A DNA stretch of 64,000 nt from a bacterium (lineage in GTDB: Bacteria; CLD3; SB21). The DNA lies in assembly GCA_013360215.1 (NCBI GenBank), contig JABWCP010000001.1:215144-279143 (forward strand), read 5' to 3'. The stretch's first letter is position 1. Every line of letters begins with the position of its first letter. The translations under genes and the position numbers were made by a program. This document shows positions 9,457 to 18,292 of this stretch, in pieces. The notes beneath the pieces are model-generated. The model was given only the letters and a program-made list of their open reading frames with translations. It ran no database searches and was not told the DNA's origin.

Positions 9457-10158
9457 ATGAAAACGGGTGTTGTCGTATTTCCGGGTTCCAATTGCGATCA
9501 CGATGCTTTTTACACGGCCGGTGAACTGATCGGCCACAAAGCAGAATACATTTGGCACAAAGACCGTAAAGACCTTCGATCGTTTGATCTCATCATCGTA
9601 CCCGGCGGTTTTTCGTATGGCGACTACCTGCGAACCGGCGCCATTGCCCGTTTCGCGCCGATCATGCAGGATGTGATGGATTTTGCAAAATATGGCGGTA
9701 CCGTTTTCGGTGTCTGCAATGGTTTTCAGATTCTGACCGAAGCCGGTTTACTGCCCGGGGCCTTATTGCGCAACAGCCACCTGCACTACGTGTGTAAAAA
9801 TATTTACCTTCGCGCGGAAAATGATAATTCGCGATTTACCAATACGCTGAAAAAAGGCGAAGTGCTCATGGTGCCGATAGCGCACGGTGAAGGCAATTAT
9901 TTTGCCGACAACGAGACGCTCAAACGGCTTGAAGGCGACAACCGTGTTCTTTTTCGCTATTGCACGGAAAACGGAACGATCAACGCCGATGGCAATCCCA
10001 ATGGTTCTCTGAATAATATTGCCGGTATCATGAATGAAAACGGTAATGTCGCCGGTATGATGCCGCATCCGGAGCGTTGTGCAGATCCGGCTTTAGGTCA
10101 AAATGACGGGCTCAAAGTTTTTGAATCGCTGCTTATAGCGCGGCAAAAAGCGGCATAA
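9457..10158 (+). CDS. purQ: Phosphoribosylformylglycinamidine synthase glutaminase subunit
   Basis: Motifs VFPGSNCD, PGGFSYGDYLR, GVCNGFQIL, AHGEGNY and GMMPHPER. Start moved to ATG 9457, which follows AAGGAG. Confidence 0.97.
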   Translation: MKTGVVVFPGSNCDHDAFYTAGELIGHKAEYIWHKDRKDLRSFDLIIVPGGFSYGDYLRTGAIARFAPIMQDVMDFAKYGGTVFGVCNGFQILTEAGLLPGALLRNSHLHYVCKNIYLRAENDNSRFTNTLKKGEVLMVPIAHGEGNYFADNETLKRLEGDNRVLFRYCTENGTINADGNPNGSLNNIAGIMNENGNVAGMMPHPERCADPALGQNDGLKVFESLLIARQKAA

Positions 10159-10282
10159 TTTTTTACGCCATCATTTTCCAAACATCATAACCGAAACGAA
10201 GTATCAATCCGCCGACGACGACGAGAAATACGTATCGGATAAACCGATTGCCTTTCAATACAGCCATTCGGCTGCCCACCAC
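10035..10282. repeat. Direct repeat copy 1 (248 bp): purQ 3' end plus an orphan TSUP 3' end
   Basis: Matches 13130-13376 with 4 substitutions and one 1-nt indel. Confidence 0.97.
10163..10282 (-). pseudogene. Duplicated C-terminal fragment (39 aa) of the TSUP gene
   Basis: Translates VVGSRMAVLKGNRF...DVWKMMA*, identical to the end of 13257-14042. Confidence 0.9.
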
Positions 10283-10593
10283 TTTGTACAGATCATTGTC
10301 GAAATGAAGTGAAGCGAATTCCGGAACGATATGATCGCAAAATGCAATTTATATAATGTAACCCATAAAATTAAACCTTACGATTTCCTCTATCGCGAAC
10401 TAAATTCTTTAAACTTTTCTAACAAGATTTTATCGTTTTGATTCTCGACAACTTTATTTACATGCTTATCAAGTTATTCATTTTCACGCACAAATGTTTT
10501 ATTAAACTTTTTTCATGACCATGTTTTTACATCACTTATTTAATTTTCTGAATCAAGCCCGAAATAATTTCTGCATAAATCCGATAAGCAGAT

Positions 10594-11535
10594 TTAATTA
10601 TTACACTGGCATGAATCCCTTAGCGATTTCACAACAAAATGCGTGTTGATGGAATTATAGGCGCCGAAGTAGCCCGCGATTTTAGCTCCGTCCTGATTTG
10701 TAATATTCGAACGGTACGTAATCGGAGTGGCCGCCGATCGCCAATGCAAAAGTGAGTCGAACAAATCATACCCGAACCCAGTATCTTCACCCATGCCCCA
10801 TGCTCTAGTCAGTACCGTATCAAAGGCCATGACGGTCTCGGATATATTTGTGTACTCCACACCTCCGCATAATTCGATGATTACCGCAGAACCACTATTG
10901 TTAGAAGACTGTAGGTGCGCGGTCTCATCAAACTTAGACCTGTAAATATAGGCGCCGGTCACCGCGGGCCCTGATATATAAGCGACCGCACCGCAGAAAT
11001 CACTCTCGGGCGTATTCTTCTTAGGATAGAGCACGGTCGTATCTCCGGGAGACAAACTCGTGATCGTAATGTGATCCGGAACTCTGACCATCGCTTGATA
11101 AACCTTACCCCCCGGCCTAGTGACCTTGAGCGTGCAGGTTTGAAGCGCCGAGATGTGTAGCGCATTGGATACGTCACGATAGGTCCCCTTACCCACGTTT
11201 TGAAGCTCGACCGTCTGACCCGAAGACGTTATAAATACCTGTGCGTCGTCGTGATACTTCAGCAGCGCATAGTATTCGTTTTGAAACTGACGTAACTGAA
11301 TTTTCAAAAGGTAATCTTGAATATTGGCACCGTCGGTTGAGTCGGGAACAATGGTCAACAGTCGTCCTACGAAAACTTCGACAGGATTGATCCGATCCTC
11401 GTCCGGGGCTACATGTGCGATGACAAACTCACGATCTTTATCCAAGAAGCCTTCATATGGCTTTTTTTTATCATCCGTACAACCGGAACATCCGCATAGT
11501 ACGATGGATATAAAAGCTAAAACAAATTTATTCAT
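10594..11535 (-). CDS. Lipoprotein, DUF4249-like
   Basis: Signal peptide with Cys lipobox (IVLCGCSGC) and C-terminal SNI...GYFGA pattern. Confidence 0.6.
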   Translation of the reverse strand: MNKFVLAFISIVLCGCSGCTDDKKKPYEGFLDKDREFVIAHVAPDEDRINPVEVFVGRLLTIVPDSTDGANIQDYLLKIQLRQFQNEYYALLKYHDDAQVFITSSGQTVELQNVGKGTYRDVSNALHISALQTCTLKVTRPGGKVYQAMVRVPDHITITSLSPGDTTVLYPKKNTPESDFCGAVAYISGPAVTGAYIYRSKFDETAHLQSSNNSGSAVIIELCGGVEYTNISETVMAFDTVLTRAWGMGEDTGFGYDLFDSLLHWRSAATPITYRSNITNQDGAKIAGYFGAYNSINTHFVVKSLRDSCQCNN

Positions 11536-11554
11536 AGGGCTCCTAAAATAACAA

Positions 11555-11580
11555 ACTATCCGGTCGCAAAACCGGATAGT
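11555..11580 (-). terminator. Hairpin between the two island lipoprotein genes
   Basis: Perfect 10-bp stem ACTATCCGGT/ACCGGATAGT with a weak U-tract on the minus strand. Confidence 0.55.
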
Positions 11581-11600
11581 CTGAAAAGAAAAAAGATTAA

Positions 11601-12743
11601 TTACTGTACAATCTGCTTAATAATCCAATCTACATCTGTCAAAGCGCCCCCATCAGCGTTTGCAGTTTCAATATAGTGTTCACCGTTGTTTGTACGAGCG
11701 TATAGTGTTCTCGCATTTATGCTCTTGATGGCGCCTTTCTGATATCTATCATCATTGAGCGATGTCTTCAAATCAACATAATAGGCGCTGTTCTCTTGAA
11801 GCTTTTTGGTATTGTCCGTCATGTCATAGTAGTCGGTGAGAATCTCGCTCGTGGTACCAACCTGCTGATTACGATTGTATCGACCCTGAACATAATTTCC
11901 CGAACTCCAATCCGCCTCGATAGCTACCATACGAACACTGTCTGTCAGATTATCAACGCGGATCAACGAGATTTCCTGCCCATCAGACGTCGGATACCAT
12001 AAGTTCTTGTCGTTTACATCCATATAATAACGTGAATTTCCTGCGGCATCCTCTCTGGTATTGCCATTGAAAACGTGATCTGTCGTACCGTTAAAGTAGC
12101 TATTGATTGGATGTGATCCGTTTGAAAAATACACTTCAAATTCTTCATCGCTTTCGTCTTGTTTTACTTTCACTTTAATCGATCGGCATGCAAAAAAAGT
12201 ACCGGCAATCTGCATGCTTTTGGAAAGAGTATGGGGTTCCAAGGAAGTAGATTTAATAAAAAAAATGAGTTTGTCGGTTTGTTTATCGGGATCGAGTTGA
12301 ACGGTCGTTTCCGATACGGACTGTCCGTCAAAATAGAAAACGGGCATATCCATCACAGGAAGACCAGTCAATTCTTCCTGAATGGAAGGAGAGAAATTAT
12401 ACACGTCCGGATCAAGGCCTACATAGTAAGGTGTTGTACCTAGAGATTTAGAAAGGGACTTGACATTGGAATTGTCATACATCTCGATTTCAATATCCTG
12501 AACAAATCCGTTACTCTTCGACAATTTTATTGAGCTCGGCAGATCGGCGGATTTCACAGCGCCTTTTTTTAATTTTTCAATAAGAGTTTGATCGATCCAA
12601 CTGGGATCGCTTGCAAGAGTCTGGGCCATCTCATTAAGTGTTTCGCGAATTTCCACATCTTCCAGCGATGCGTTGTCCATCTGTTGATGATCGGTACAGG
12701 AAGCAATCATCACGAAGACCATAAGCAAAGGAAATTTTTTCAT
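11601..12743 (-). CDS. Hypothetical lipoprotein
   Basis: Long ORF. Probable start MKKFPLLMVFVMIASC (lipobox) at 12743, with a GGAG RBS. Confidence 0.75.
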   Translation of the reverse strand: MKKFPLLMVFVMIASCTDHQQMDNASLEDVEIRETLNEMAQTLASDPSWIDQTLIEKLKKGAVKSADLPSSIKLSKSNGFVQDIEIEMYDNSNVKSLSKSLGTTPYYVGLDPDVYNFSPSIQEELTGLPVMDMPVFYFDGQSVSETTVQLDPDKQTDKLIFFIKSTSLEPHTLSKSMQIAGTFFACRSIKVKVKQDESDEEFEVYFSNGSHPINSYFNGTTDHVFNGNTREDAAGNSRYYMDVNDKNLWYPTSDGQEISLIRVDNLTDSVRMVAIEADWSSGNYVQGRYNRNQQVGTTSEILTDYYDMTDNTKKLQENSAYYVDLKTSLNDDRYQKGAIKSINARTLYARTNNGEHYIETANADGGALTDVDWIIKQIVQ

Positions 12744-12990
12744 GGGAACTCCATGGTTGAGGAACAGGTTGCATTTAGGCGTAAAACATCCTATAGTTAC
12801 AACTGAGGAAGGCGGTATTACTAAAAAATTCAAAGCTCCGAAGCACTGAATTCGGTAATATTGTTCTTCCTTTTTTTGTTCCAGGTTAAACAAAGCAAGT
12901 TAATTACGGCATCTGCCTTTATTTGATGAAGTCGTTCACCTCCTTCAAATAACAATTTTAAGTACTCCAATAATGATTAAAAAAAACCAT

Positions 12991-13050
12991 TGGATTGGAT
13001 TGGATTGGATTGGATTGGATTGGATTGGATTGGATTGGATTGGATTGGAT
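12991..13050. repeat. Perfect pentanucleotide microsatellite (TGGAT)12
   Basis: Directly visible in the sequence. Confidence 0.99.
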
Positions 13051-13091
13051 TCTACTTAGAAATCCCCTCATCCCATTTCATACGACGTGTA

Positions 13092-13120
13092 ATGATACTA
13101 TAGCAACCTTGAATTGTCAA
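13092..13120 (-). promoter_or_regulatory. Sigma70-type promoter of the island
   Basis: TTGACA (13120-13115), 17 nt spacer, TATCAT (13097-13092). Confidence 0.7.
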
Positions 13121-13129
13121 GAAAATTCT

Positions 13130-13376
13130 TGAAAACGGTAATGTCGCCGGTATGATGCCGCATCCGGAGCGTTGTGCAGATCCGGCTTTAGGTCAAAATG
13201 ACGGACTCAAAGTTTTTGAATCGCTGCTTATAGCGCTGCAAAAAGCGGCATGATTTTTACGCCATCATTTTCCAAACATCATAACCGAAACGAAGTATCA
13301 ATCCGCCGACGACGACGAGAAATACGTATCGGATAAACCGATTACCTTTCAATACAGCCATTCGGCTGCCCACCAC
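13130..13376. repeat. Direct repeat copy 2 (247 bp): orphan purQ 3' end plus the TSUP 3' end
   Basis: Matches 10035-10282. Confidence 0.97.
13131..13253 (+). pseudogene. Duplicated C-terminal fragment (40 aa) of purQ
   Basis: Translates [15 protein letters not shown]...LLIALQKAA*. Confidence 0.9.
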
Positions 13377-14042
13377 CGAACCCGCAATCTGACAAAACGC
13401 CATCGGTATGGCCAACTTCCAGAACACAAACCCGTTCGTAATAAAAAATATCAGCGATGCGATGTCGGCGACGACGTTGACAATTTTGGCCATTGCGGAT
13501 GATTTCAAAAAACTAAATCCGATAACCGAAACAAACGCAAATACAAGCAGACTGCCCGTACCCGGTCCAAAAAAACCATTATAAAAGCCGAGCACGGCAC
13601 ACACAAGTATCGCCGTAGCCGGTAACCGCCAATCTGAAAACGTATGATCATCGGTATGACCCAGATTTTTTTTCATATATGTATAGGCTGCTACGGCTAC
13701 CATGATTATGAGCATCAGTGGCTTGAGCACGTCGGGCTTGAGTAATCGCGAAACCGCGGCGCCTGTGTAGGACATCACCGCGGCCGAAAACGCACATAAT
13801 AAGAGCATTTTAACAGGAATTTGGGTGTGACGCAGATAATGTCGCGCCGCTACGATGGTTCCAGGAATCGAAGAAAAACGATTGGTACCGATCACCATCG
13901 AAACCGGAGCAGTCGGAAATCCTACAAATAAAAAAGGTACTGTAACCAATCCCCCGCCGCCGACGATCGCATCCACAAATCCGGCCAAAAAAGCAAACCC
14001 GCAAACACCTATAAAAAGTAATGAAATGAATTCAAATTCCAT
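13257..14042 (-). CDS. TSUP (TauE/SafE) family transporter
   Basis: Motifs AGFVDAIVGGGGL and GFYNGFFGPGTGS. Confidence 0.92.
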   Translation of the reverse strand: MEFEFISLLFIGVCGFAFLAGFVDAIVGGGGLVTVPFLFVGFPTAPVSMVIGTNRFSSIPGTIVAARHYLRHTQIPVKMLLLCAFSAAVMSYTGAAVSRLLKPDVLKPLMLIIMVAVAAYTYMKKNLGHTDDHTFSDWRLPATAILVCAVLGFYNGFFGPGTGSLLVFAFVSVIGFSFLKSSAMAKIVNVVADIASLIFFITNGFVFWKLAIPMAFCQIAGSVVGSRMAVLKGNRFIRYVFLVVVGGLILRFGYDVWKMMA

Positions 14043-14084
14043 GAATAATCTCTATGCATGATGATTTAATATGATAAAAGACGG

Positions 14085-14834
14085 CTACGCTTCCGACCGC
14101 TTGACATAACGTTCGATCTCCTGAAATATTTTGTGTAACAAACGCACGTCACGGTCTTCCAACGGTGTACGCCCCAGTATGCGCCGGACGCCCAGTAAAA
14201 AATCTTCATTGGTTTTTCGTGGTTTAAATTTTACTGCTTCCAGTACGCGTTGTATTCTTTCATATAATATTTCCATATCTGCCGGTTTGGCCATATCCCA
14301 CACAAACTGCGGATTGCCCGTAAGTCGCGCGGCGAATACTTCATACAAATAGATCATAACCGCATGCGAAAGATTGAGCGAATTTTGAACCGGAGCGGTC
14401 GTCACGGTAGAGAGCACTCGGCACGCATGCACATCTTCGGTTGACAAACCATTTTTTTCTCCACCGAAAACCAAGGCACATGAAGTAACGGGCGAAAAGG
14501 CCGCCATTTGTTGCGCGATTTCGCGCGGTGTAAAACTCGGGAAATGCGTTTCACGACGGCGATTACTTGTGGCAACAGAAAACTGAATACCCTTCAAGGC
14601 GTCGGTAAGTGTCGGATAGATCTGCGCCGAATGAAGTATGTCCTCCGCTTTCACAGCCATCCACAAGGCTTCACGATCCAAATGATCGCATGGACGCACC
14701 AAACGCAAATCCTTCATGCCAAAATTTTTCATGGCGCGAGCGACCGAACCGATATTTCCGGGTGCTTGCGGTTCGACGAGAATAACAGCTATCGAGGTAA
14801 GATCGGGATAAACAAAATCCTTTTGCGGCGTCAC
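14085..14834 (-). CDS. trmJ: TrmJ/LasT family SPOUT RNA methyltransferase
   Basis: Motifs PGNIGSVARAMKNFG, LVFGGEKNGL and SLNLSHAV. Confidence 0.85.
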   Translation of the reverse strand: MTPQKDFVYPDLTSIAVILVEPQAPGNIGSVARAMKNFGMKDLRLVRPCDHLDREALWMAVKAEDILHSAQIYPTLTDALKGIQFSVATSNRRRETHFPSFTPREIAQQMAAFSPVTSCALVFGGEKNGLSTEDVHACRVLSTVTTAPVQNSLNLSHAVMIYLYEVFAARLTGNPQFVWDMAKPADMEILYERIQRVLEAVKFKPRKTNEDFLLGVRRILGRTPLEDRDVRLLHKIFQEIERYVKRSEA

Positions 14835-15553
14835 TTCGACCTTTCATCAAGCTTTTTGAGGCGCTCCTTGAGGCGGGCTTCGATATCTAAAAGAGGGGCC
14901 GGTGCACCGTTCATTTGCACCGTATCGATCGGTTCGCCGCTGACTTGCATTTCGCGCACCAAGTCCTGCAAAGTGTCAATCACCGCCGTTATACGCCGCG
15001 TTTCATGCGTACATACCCGCACCAGATCGTGATAGACGGCCAGTTGATTGAGTTCCAGCGACACTTCACTTTTGGCGGATATTACAGCGGAAGCATTGCG
15101 AATATGGTGCGACAGCGTGGTCAATGCTTCGACTAAAGCTTGTATCTGCCCGGCCTGACGTTGGCTTTCGATGAGATGAATCAGTAGCCGATTCTGATCC
15201 GTAATATCTTTGGCGATAAACGATACCGCTACGACATTTTCGTTTTCATCCGTCACCGGTGAAACGGTAATGTAGGCCGATACGACATGCCCGTCTTTGC
15301 GGGTAAGTTCGGTTTCCAAATTTTTGAGCGCACCGTGATCAAACACCTCAATCGCCATTGCACGCATATGGCGTTTGTCATCCAGCGGCGATAGAACATC
15401 CACACTGTGGCCAAGAACGTCTTCCTTGCCATATCCGAGCAATTCACGCGCTCCATCATTCCACGATAAAATAATCTGCGATGGACTGACGGTAAAAATC
15501 GCGTCGCCGGCACGCTGTATCAATGATCCGAAATATTTTTCGATATGATCCAT
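14831..15553 (-). CDS. PAS domain protein with HisKA-like helix and no ATPase domain
   Basis: PAS-PAC (WNDGARELLGY...RKDG...KDIT) and H-box-like LSHHIRN. Start moved to ATG 15553, which follows GGAGG. Confidence 0.75.
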   Translation of the reverse strand: MDHIEKYFGSLIQRAGDAIFTVSPSQIILSWNDGARELLGYGKEDVLGHSVDVLSPLDDKRHMRAMAIEVFDHGALKNLETELTRKDGHVVSAYITVSPVTDENENVVAVSFIAKDITDQNRLLIHLIESQRQAGQIQALVEALTTLSHHIRNASAVISAKSEVSLELNQLAVYHDLVRVCTHETRRITAVIDTLQDLVREMQVSGEPIDTVQMNGAPAPLLDIEARLKERLKKLDERSK

Positions 15554-15557
15554 CGGG

Positions 15558-16331
15558 TCAGTTCCTCCTCCCAATCACGCCGACCATACGGCCAGAACGG
15601 CCCCCGGCAGCGCGGTGCGAATAGTATATATCCGGTTGGCACATCGTACAGGCAGCGGTCACGACGATATGACCGACGCCGGCTTCATCTAATTGTGTGG
15701 CATTAGCTTTCCATAAATCAAGATGCGGTTTCGGGTAGTCGCGACGATTGACAAACGCCGTATCAAACATTGACGCAACCTCATCACTGACTTCATAATG
15801 ATCCGCGCCGATGGACGGCCCAAGGACCGCCACGGCATGACCCAATGAACATCCGAATGTTTGTTGAATAGAAGCCATCGTTTTTTTGATAATTTGTTTC
15901 TGCGTTCCGCGCCAGCCTGCATGTATCACAGCGATGATACGATGCGCAGGCTCATAAAATAAAACCGGTACACAATCCGCCGCGACGACGGTCAGAAATT
16001 TTTTCGACTGGTCGGTATACATCGCATCGGTATCGGCACAGAGGGTTTGCTCCTGCAAAAAAACGACGCGATCTTCGTGCACCTGATGCTGTCGAATTAC
16101 ATCATTCATATCTACACCGAGCGCTCGCCAAAACCGTTGCCGATTTTCTTCGACACGATGCGGATTATCATCCGTGCTCAGTCCAAGATTGAGCCCTTTG
16201 TAATCCCCCTCGCTGACACCGCCGATGCGCGTGGACATCACAGCCATCACGTCGGGAAATTTTTCGAGCGCCGGAAACCGGCAAAGGCGCAATCCGTCTT
16301 TTTCTTCGAAAATCATGGAGGGTTCAGGCAC
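15558..16331 (-). CDS. pgeF: Peptidoglycan editing factor / YfiH family
   Basis: Motifs STRIGGVS, QVHED, ADCVPVL, HAGWRG and YSHR. Confidence 0.92.
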   Translation of the reverse strand: MPEPSMIFEEKDGLRLCRFPALEKFPDVMAVMSTRIGGVSEGDYKGLNLGLSTDDNPHRVEENRQRFWRALGVDMNDVIRQHQVHEDRVVFLQEQTLCADTDAMYTDQSKKFLTVVAADCVPVLFYEPAHRIIAVIHAGWRGTQKQIIKKTMASIQQTFGCSLGHAVAVLGPSIGADHYEVSDEVASMFDTAFVNRRDYPKPHLDLWKANATQLDEAGVGHIVVTAACTMCQPDIYYSHRAAGGRSGRMVGVIGRRN

Positions 16332-17709
16332 GCGCTAACTCCGGGTGAATGACAATGGATGAAATCTCCGGAATATTCCGATGAATTCGGTTTTCGAGTC
16401 TTGTCGTTATGGCGTGTACCTCATCGAGCGATAAATCGCCGGGCACCACGCAATTGAGCATCATTTTTTTATGACCTCCGATATCCATCACGATAAAATC
16501 GCTGCATGCCAGCACCGGCTGTGTATCAGCCGCAATAGCCCGTACGGCGGCGATGAGCGGCTTGCTTTGGTCCGTAATGTCAAATGCTTGCACAACCCGA
16601 TCCCGCGCATCTTCGATATGCACTTTTACATCCTTAATCTCCGGAATTTTTTCCATCAATCGGCTTTCAATGCGCGATGACGCTTCATGCGCTTCGTCAA
16701 ATCTCTGATGGCTTTCACATTCCAAATGAAAATCCACAAAATATCCGTTGGTAACCCGTTGTGCACGTACATTGTGGCATGCAAGACCTTCTTGTACGAC
16801 GATCATCCGGATTTTATCAATGATACTTTCATCGTCGGTTTCCTGCGGCTCCATATGAATGATCACATCCGCATTGGGCACGATTTCATGAATGCGCGTT
16901 TCCACAGCATCGGCGACATGATGCGCCATTTCGAAAGGCACCGTACGCTTGACATCAATATACATGTCCACAAACACTTTCGAACCCGACTGACGAACCC
17001 GCAAATGGCGATACCGCTCTACACCGTCTAAACTGACCAGCGCCGTTCTGATGCGCTGTTCAATATCTTTAGGCATGGAGTCCGTCAAAGCATCAATCGT
17101 TTCTTTGAGTAATTTACCGCTGATCACAAGCACAAATAACGCCACGCCGATAGCCGCAAGCGAATCGCCTTGATGAAATCCCAACGCTGTGGAAATAAGG
17201 CCTATGATTACAACCGACGAACTCCAAATATCCGACGAAAAGTGCAGTGCGTCAGCTTCCAGCGCCTGACTGCGATACGTTTTGGCAATACGCGCAAGTG
17301 CCCGAGACCGGGAATAATCCACGATGATGGAAACTATAATTACAACAAAACTCCATACATTCACCTCCACCTGCACATCGCCGGACATCAAACGCTCTAC
17401 GGCCGCGCGAATGATAAAAAAGCAAGTCAGGATCAATAATCCCGTTTGCAGCAGCGCCGATATGTTTTCGACTTTACCGTGACCATAGGAATGATCGTCA
17501 TCGGCCGGCTTATCGGATATACGCACAGCTACATACGTCAGAAGCGCAGCGCCCAGATCCAGCGCTGAATGGGCCGCTTCGGATAATATACCGAGACTGC
17601 CGGTGGCTAAACCTGCAGCCAATTTCATACCGGTTAAAAAAATAGCCGCTAATACGGAGGTCAAAGCCACCCGCATTTTGTCGGAGTGCATGGATTGTGA
17701 GAATGTCAT
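16324..17709 (-). CDS. Cation diffusion facilitator transporter with triplicated C-terminal domain
   Basis: Motifs SEAAHSALD, HSYGHGKVE and ADALHFSSD; three repeats ending IHMEP, VHIED and IHPE. Confidence 0.9.
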   Translation of the reverse strand: MTFSQSMHSDKMRVALTSVLAAIFLTGMKLAAGLATGSLGILSEAAHSALDLGAALLTYVAVRISDKPADDDHSYGHGKVENISALLQTGLLILTCFFIIRAAVERLMSGDVQVEVNVWSFVVIIVSIIVDYSRSRALARIAKTYRSQALEADALHFSSDIWSSSVVIIGLISTALGFHQGDSLAAIGVALFVLVISGKLLKETIDALTDSMPKDIEQRIRTALVSLDGVERYRHLRVRQSGSKVFVDMYIDVKRTVPFEMAHHVADAVETRIHEIVPNADVIIHMEPQETDDESIIDKIRMIVVQEGLACHNVRAQRVTNGYFVDFHLECESHQRFDEAHEASSRIESRLMEKIPEIKDVKVHIEDARDRVVQAFDITDQSKPLIAAVRAIAADTQPVLACSDFIVMDIGGHKKMMLNCVVPGDLSLDEVHAITTRLENRIHRNIPEISSIVIHPELARA

Positions 17710-17739
17710 TTAATAAAGTATTCGGTTTATTACCCGCGC

Positions 17740-17768
17740 AATGTAGAAAACGCCCCATCTATTGTCAA
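17740..17768 (-). promoter_or_regulatory. Sigma70-type promoter of the CDF operon
   Basis: TTGACA, 17 nt spacer, TACATT. Confidence 0.65.
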
Positions 17769-17798
17769 GGCGGGTAATTATCAAAAAATAAAAACCTG

Positions 17799-17816
17799 CT
17801 GACATAAGGATGTCAG
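17799..17816. promoter_or_regulatory. Palindromic operator CTGACAT-aagg-ATGTCAG
   Basis: Perfect 7-bp inverted repeat upstream of the DinB/VOC/AlkC operon. Confidence 0.6.
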
Positions 17817-17872
17817 TCATGCACCTTATTTTTTGATAAAATAATTAACAAAAAATAAAATGAAAGGCGATC

Positions 17873-18253
17873 ATGAACTACCAACGTTTTATTTCTCTGT
17901 TTTTTTTCGCAATGTTATTTTTGAACTTAAGTGCTTGCCAAACCAATACTCAAACTCCGTCAAATGAGTATGTAACGGAAGTGGCTGTTATTAAAATCAA
18001 ACCGGAGTTTGTGTCGCGTATGCCGGATATTGTCGCTGAAGCCAAATCCATTATCGGCACGTACGAAGGATTTATATCATGGGAAAACATGCGTGCTGAC
18101 GACACGTCGCGTGTTTTTGTAGATATTTTACGATGGAAAACCAAAAAACATGCCGATCAGGCCTTTGTAAAATTTCATTCCACCGAATCGTGCTCTCGTT
18201 TAATGAACGCTCTCGAAAAAGATGTCTATTTCGGTCATGTTCGCCACTATTAA
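17873..18253 (+). CDS. Lipoprotein with ABM-like (dimeric alpha/beta barrel) domain
   Basis: Lipobox LSAC and pattern GFIS...FVDILRW. Confidence 0.6.
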   Translation: MNYQRFISLFFFAMLFLNLSACQTNTQTPSNEYVTEVAVIKIKPEFVSRMPDIVAEAKSIIGTYEGFISWENMRADDTSRVFVDILRWKTKKHADQAFVKFHSTESCSRLMNALEKDVYFGHVRHY

Positions 18254-18292
18254 TTTACGCTTTTTGCATTAAACACTAATTTGAAATTAACT

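Larger units (their letters stand above)
10283..13129. mobile_element. Putative inserted island (two lipoprotein genes) flanked by long direct repeats; no recombinase
   Basis: Bounded by the 248/247-bp repeat, with AT-rich margins and its own promoter. Confidence 0.65.

Noticed and set aside
10283-10593. Possible gene or in-frame fusion to the orphan TSUP tail
   Set aside because: The frames are interrupted by stops and have no credible start; at most a decayed remnant.
12744-12893. Long TTG-start version of the island lipoprotein
   Set aside because: ATG 12743 has an RBS and gives a proper signal peptide and lipobox.
12991-13050. (TGGAT)12 as a CRISPR array, TRAP site, CsrB-like sponge or human satellite contamination
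   Set aside because: It has no spacers, lacks (G/U)AG triplets, has GGA on the strand opposite the predicted transcript and without hairpins, and the unit differs from (GGAAT)n.
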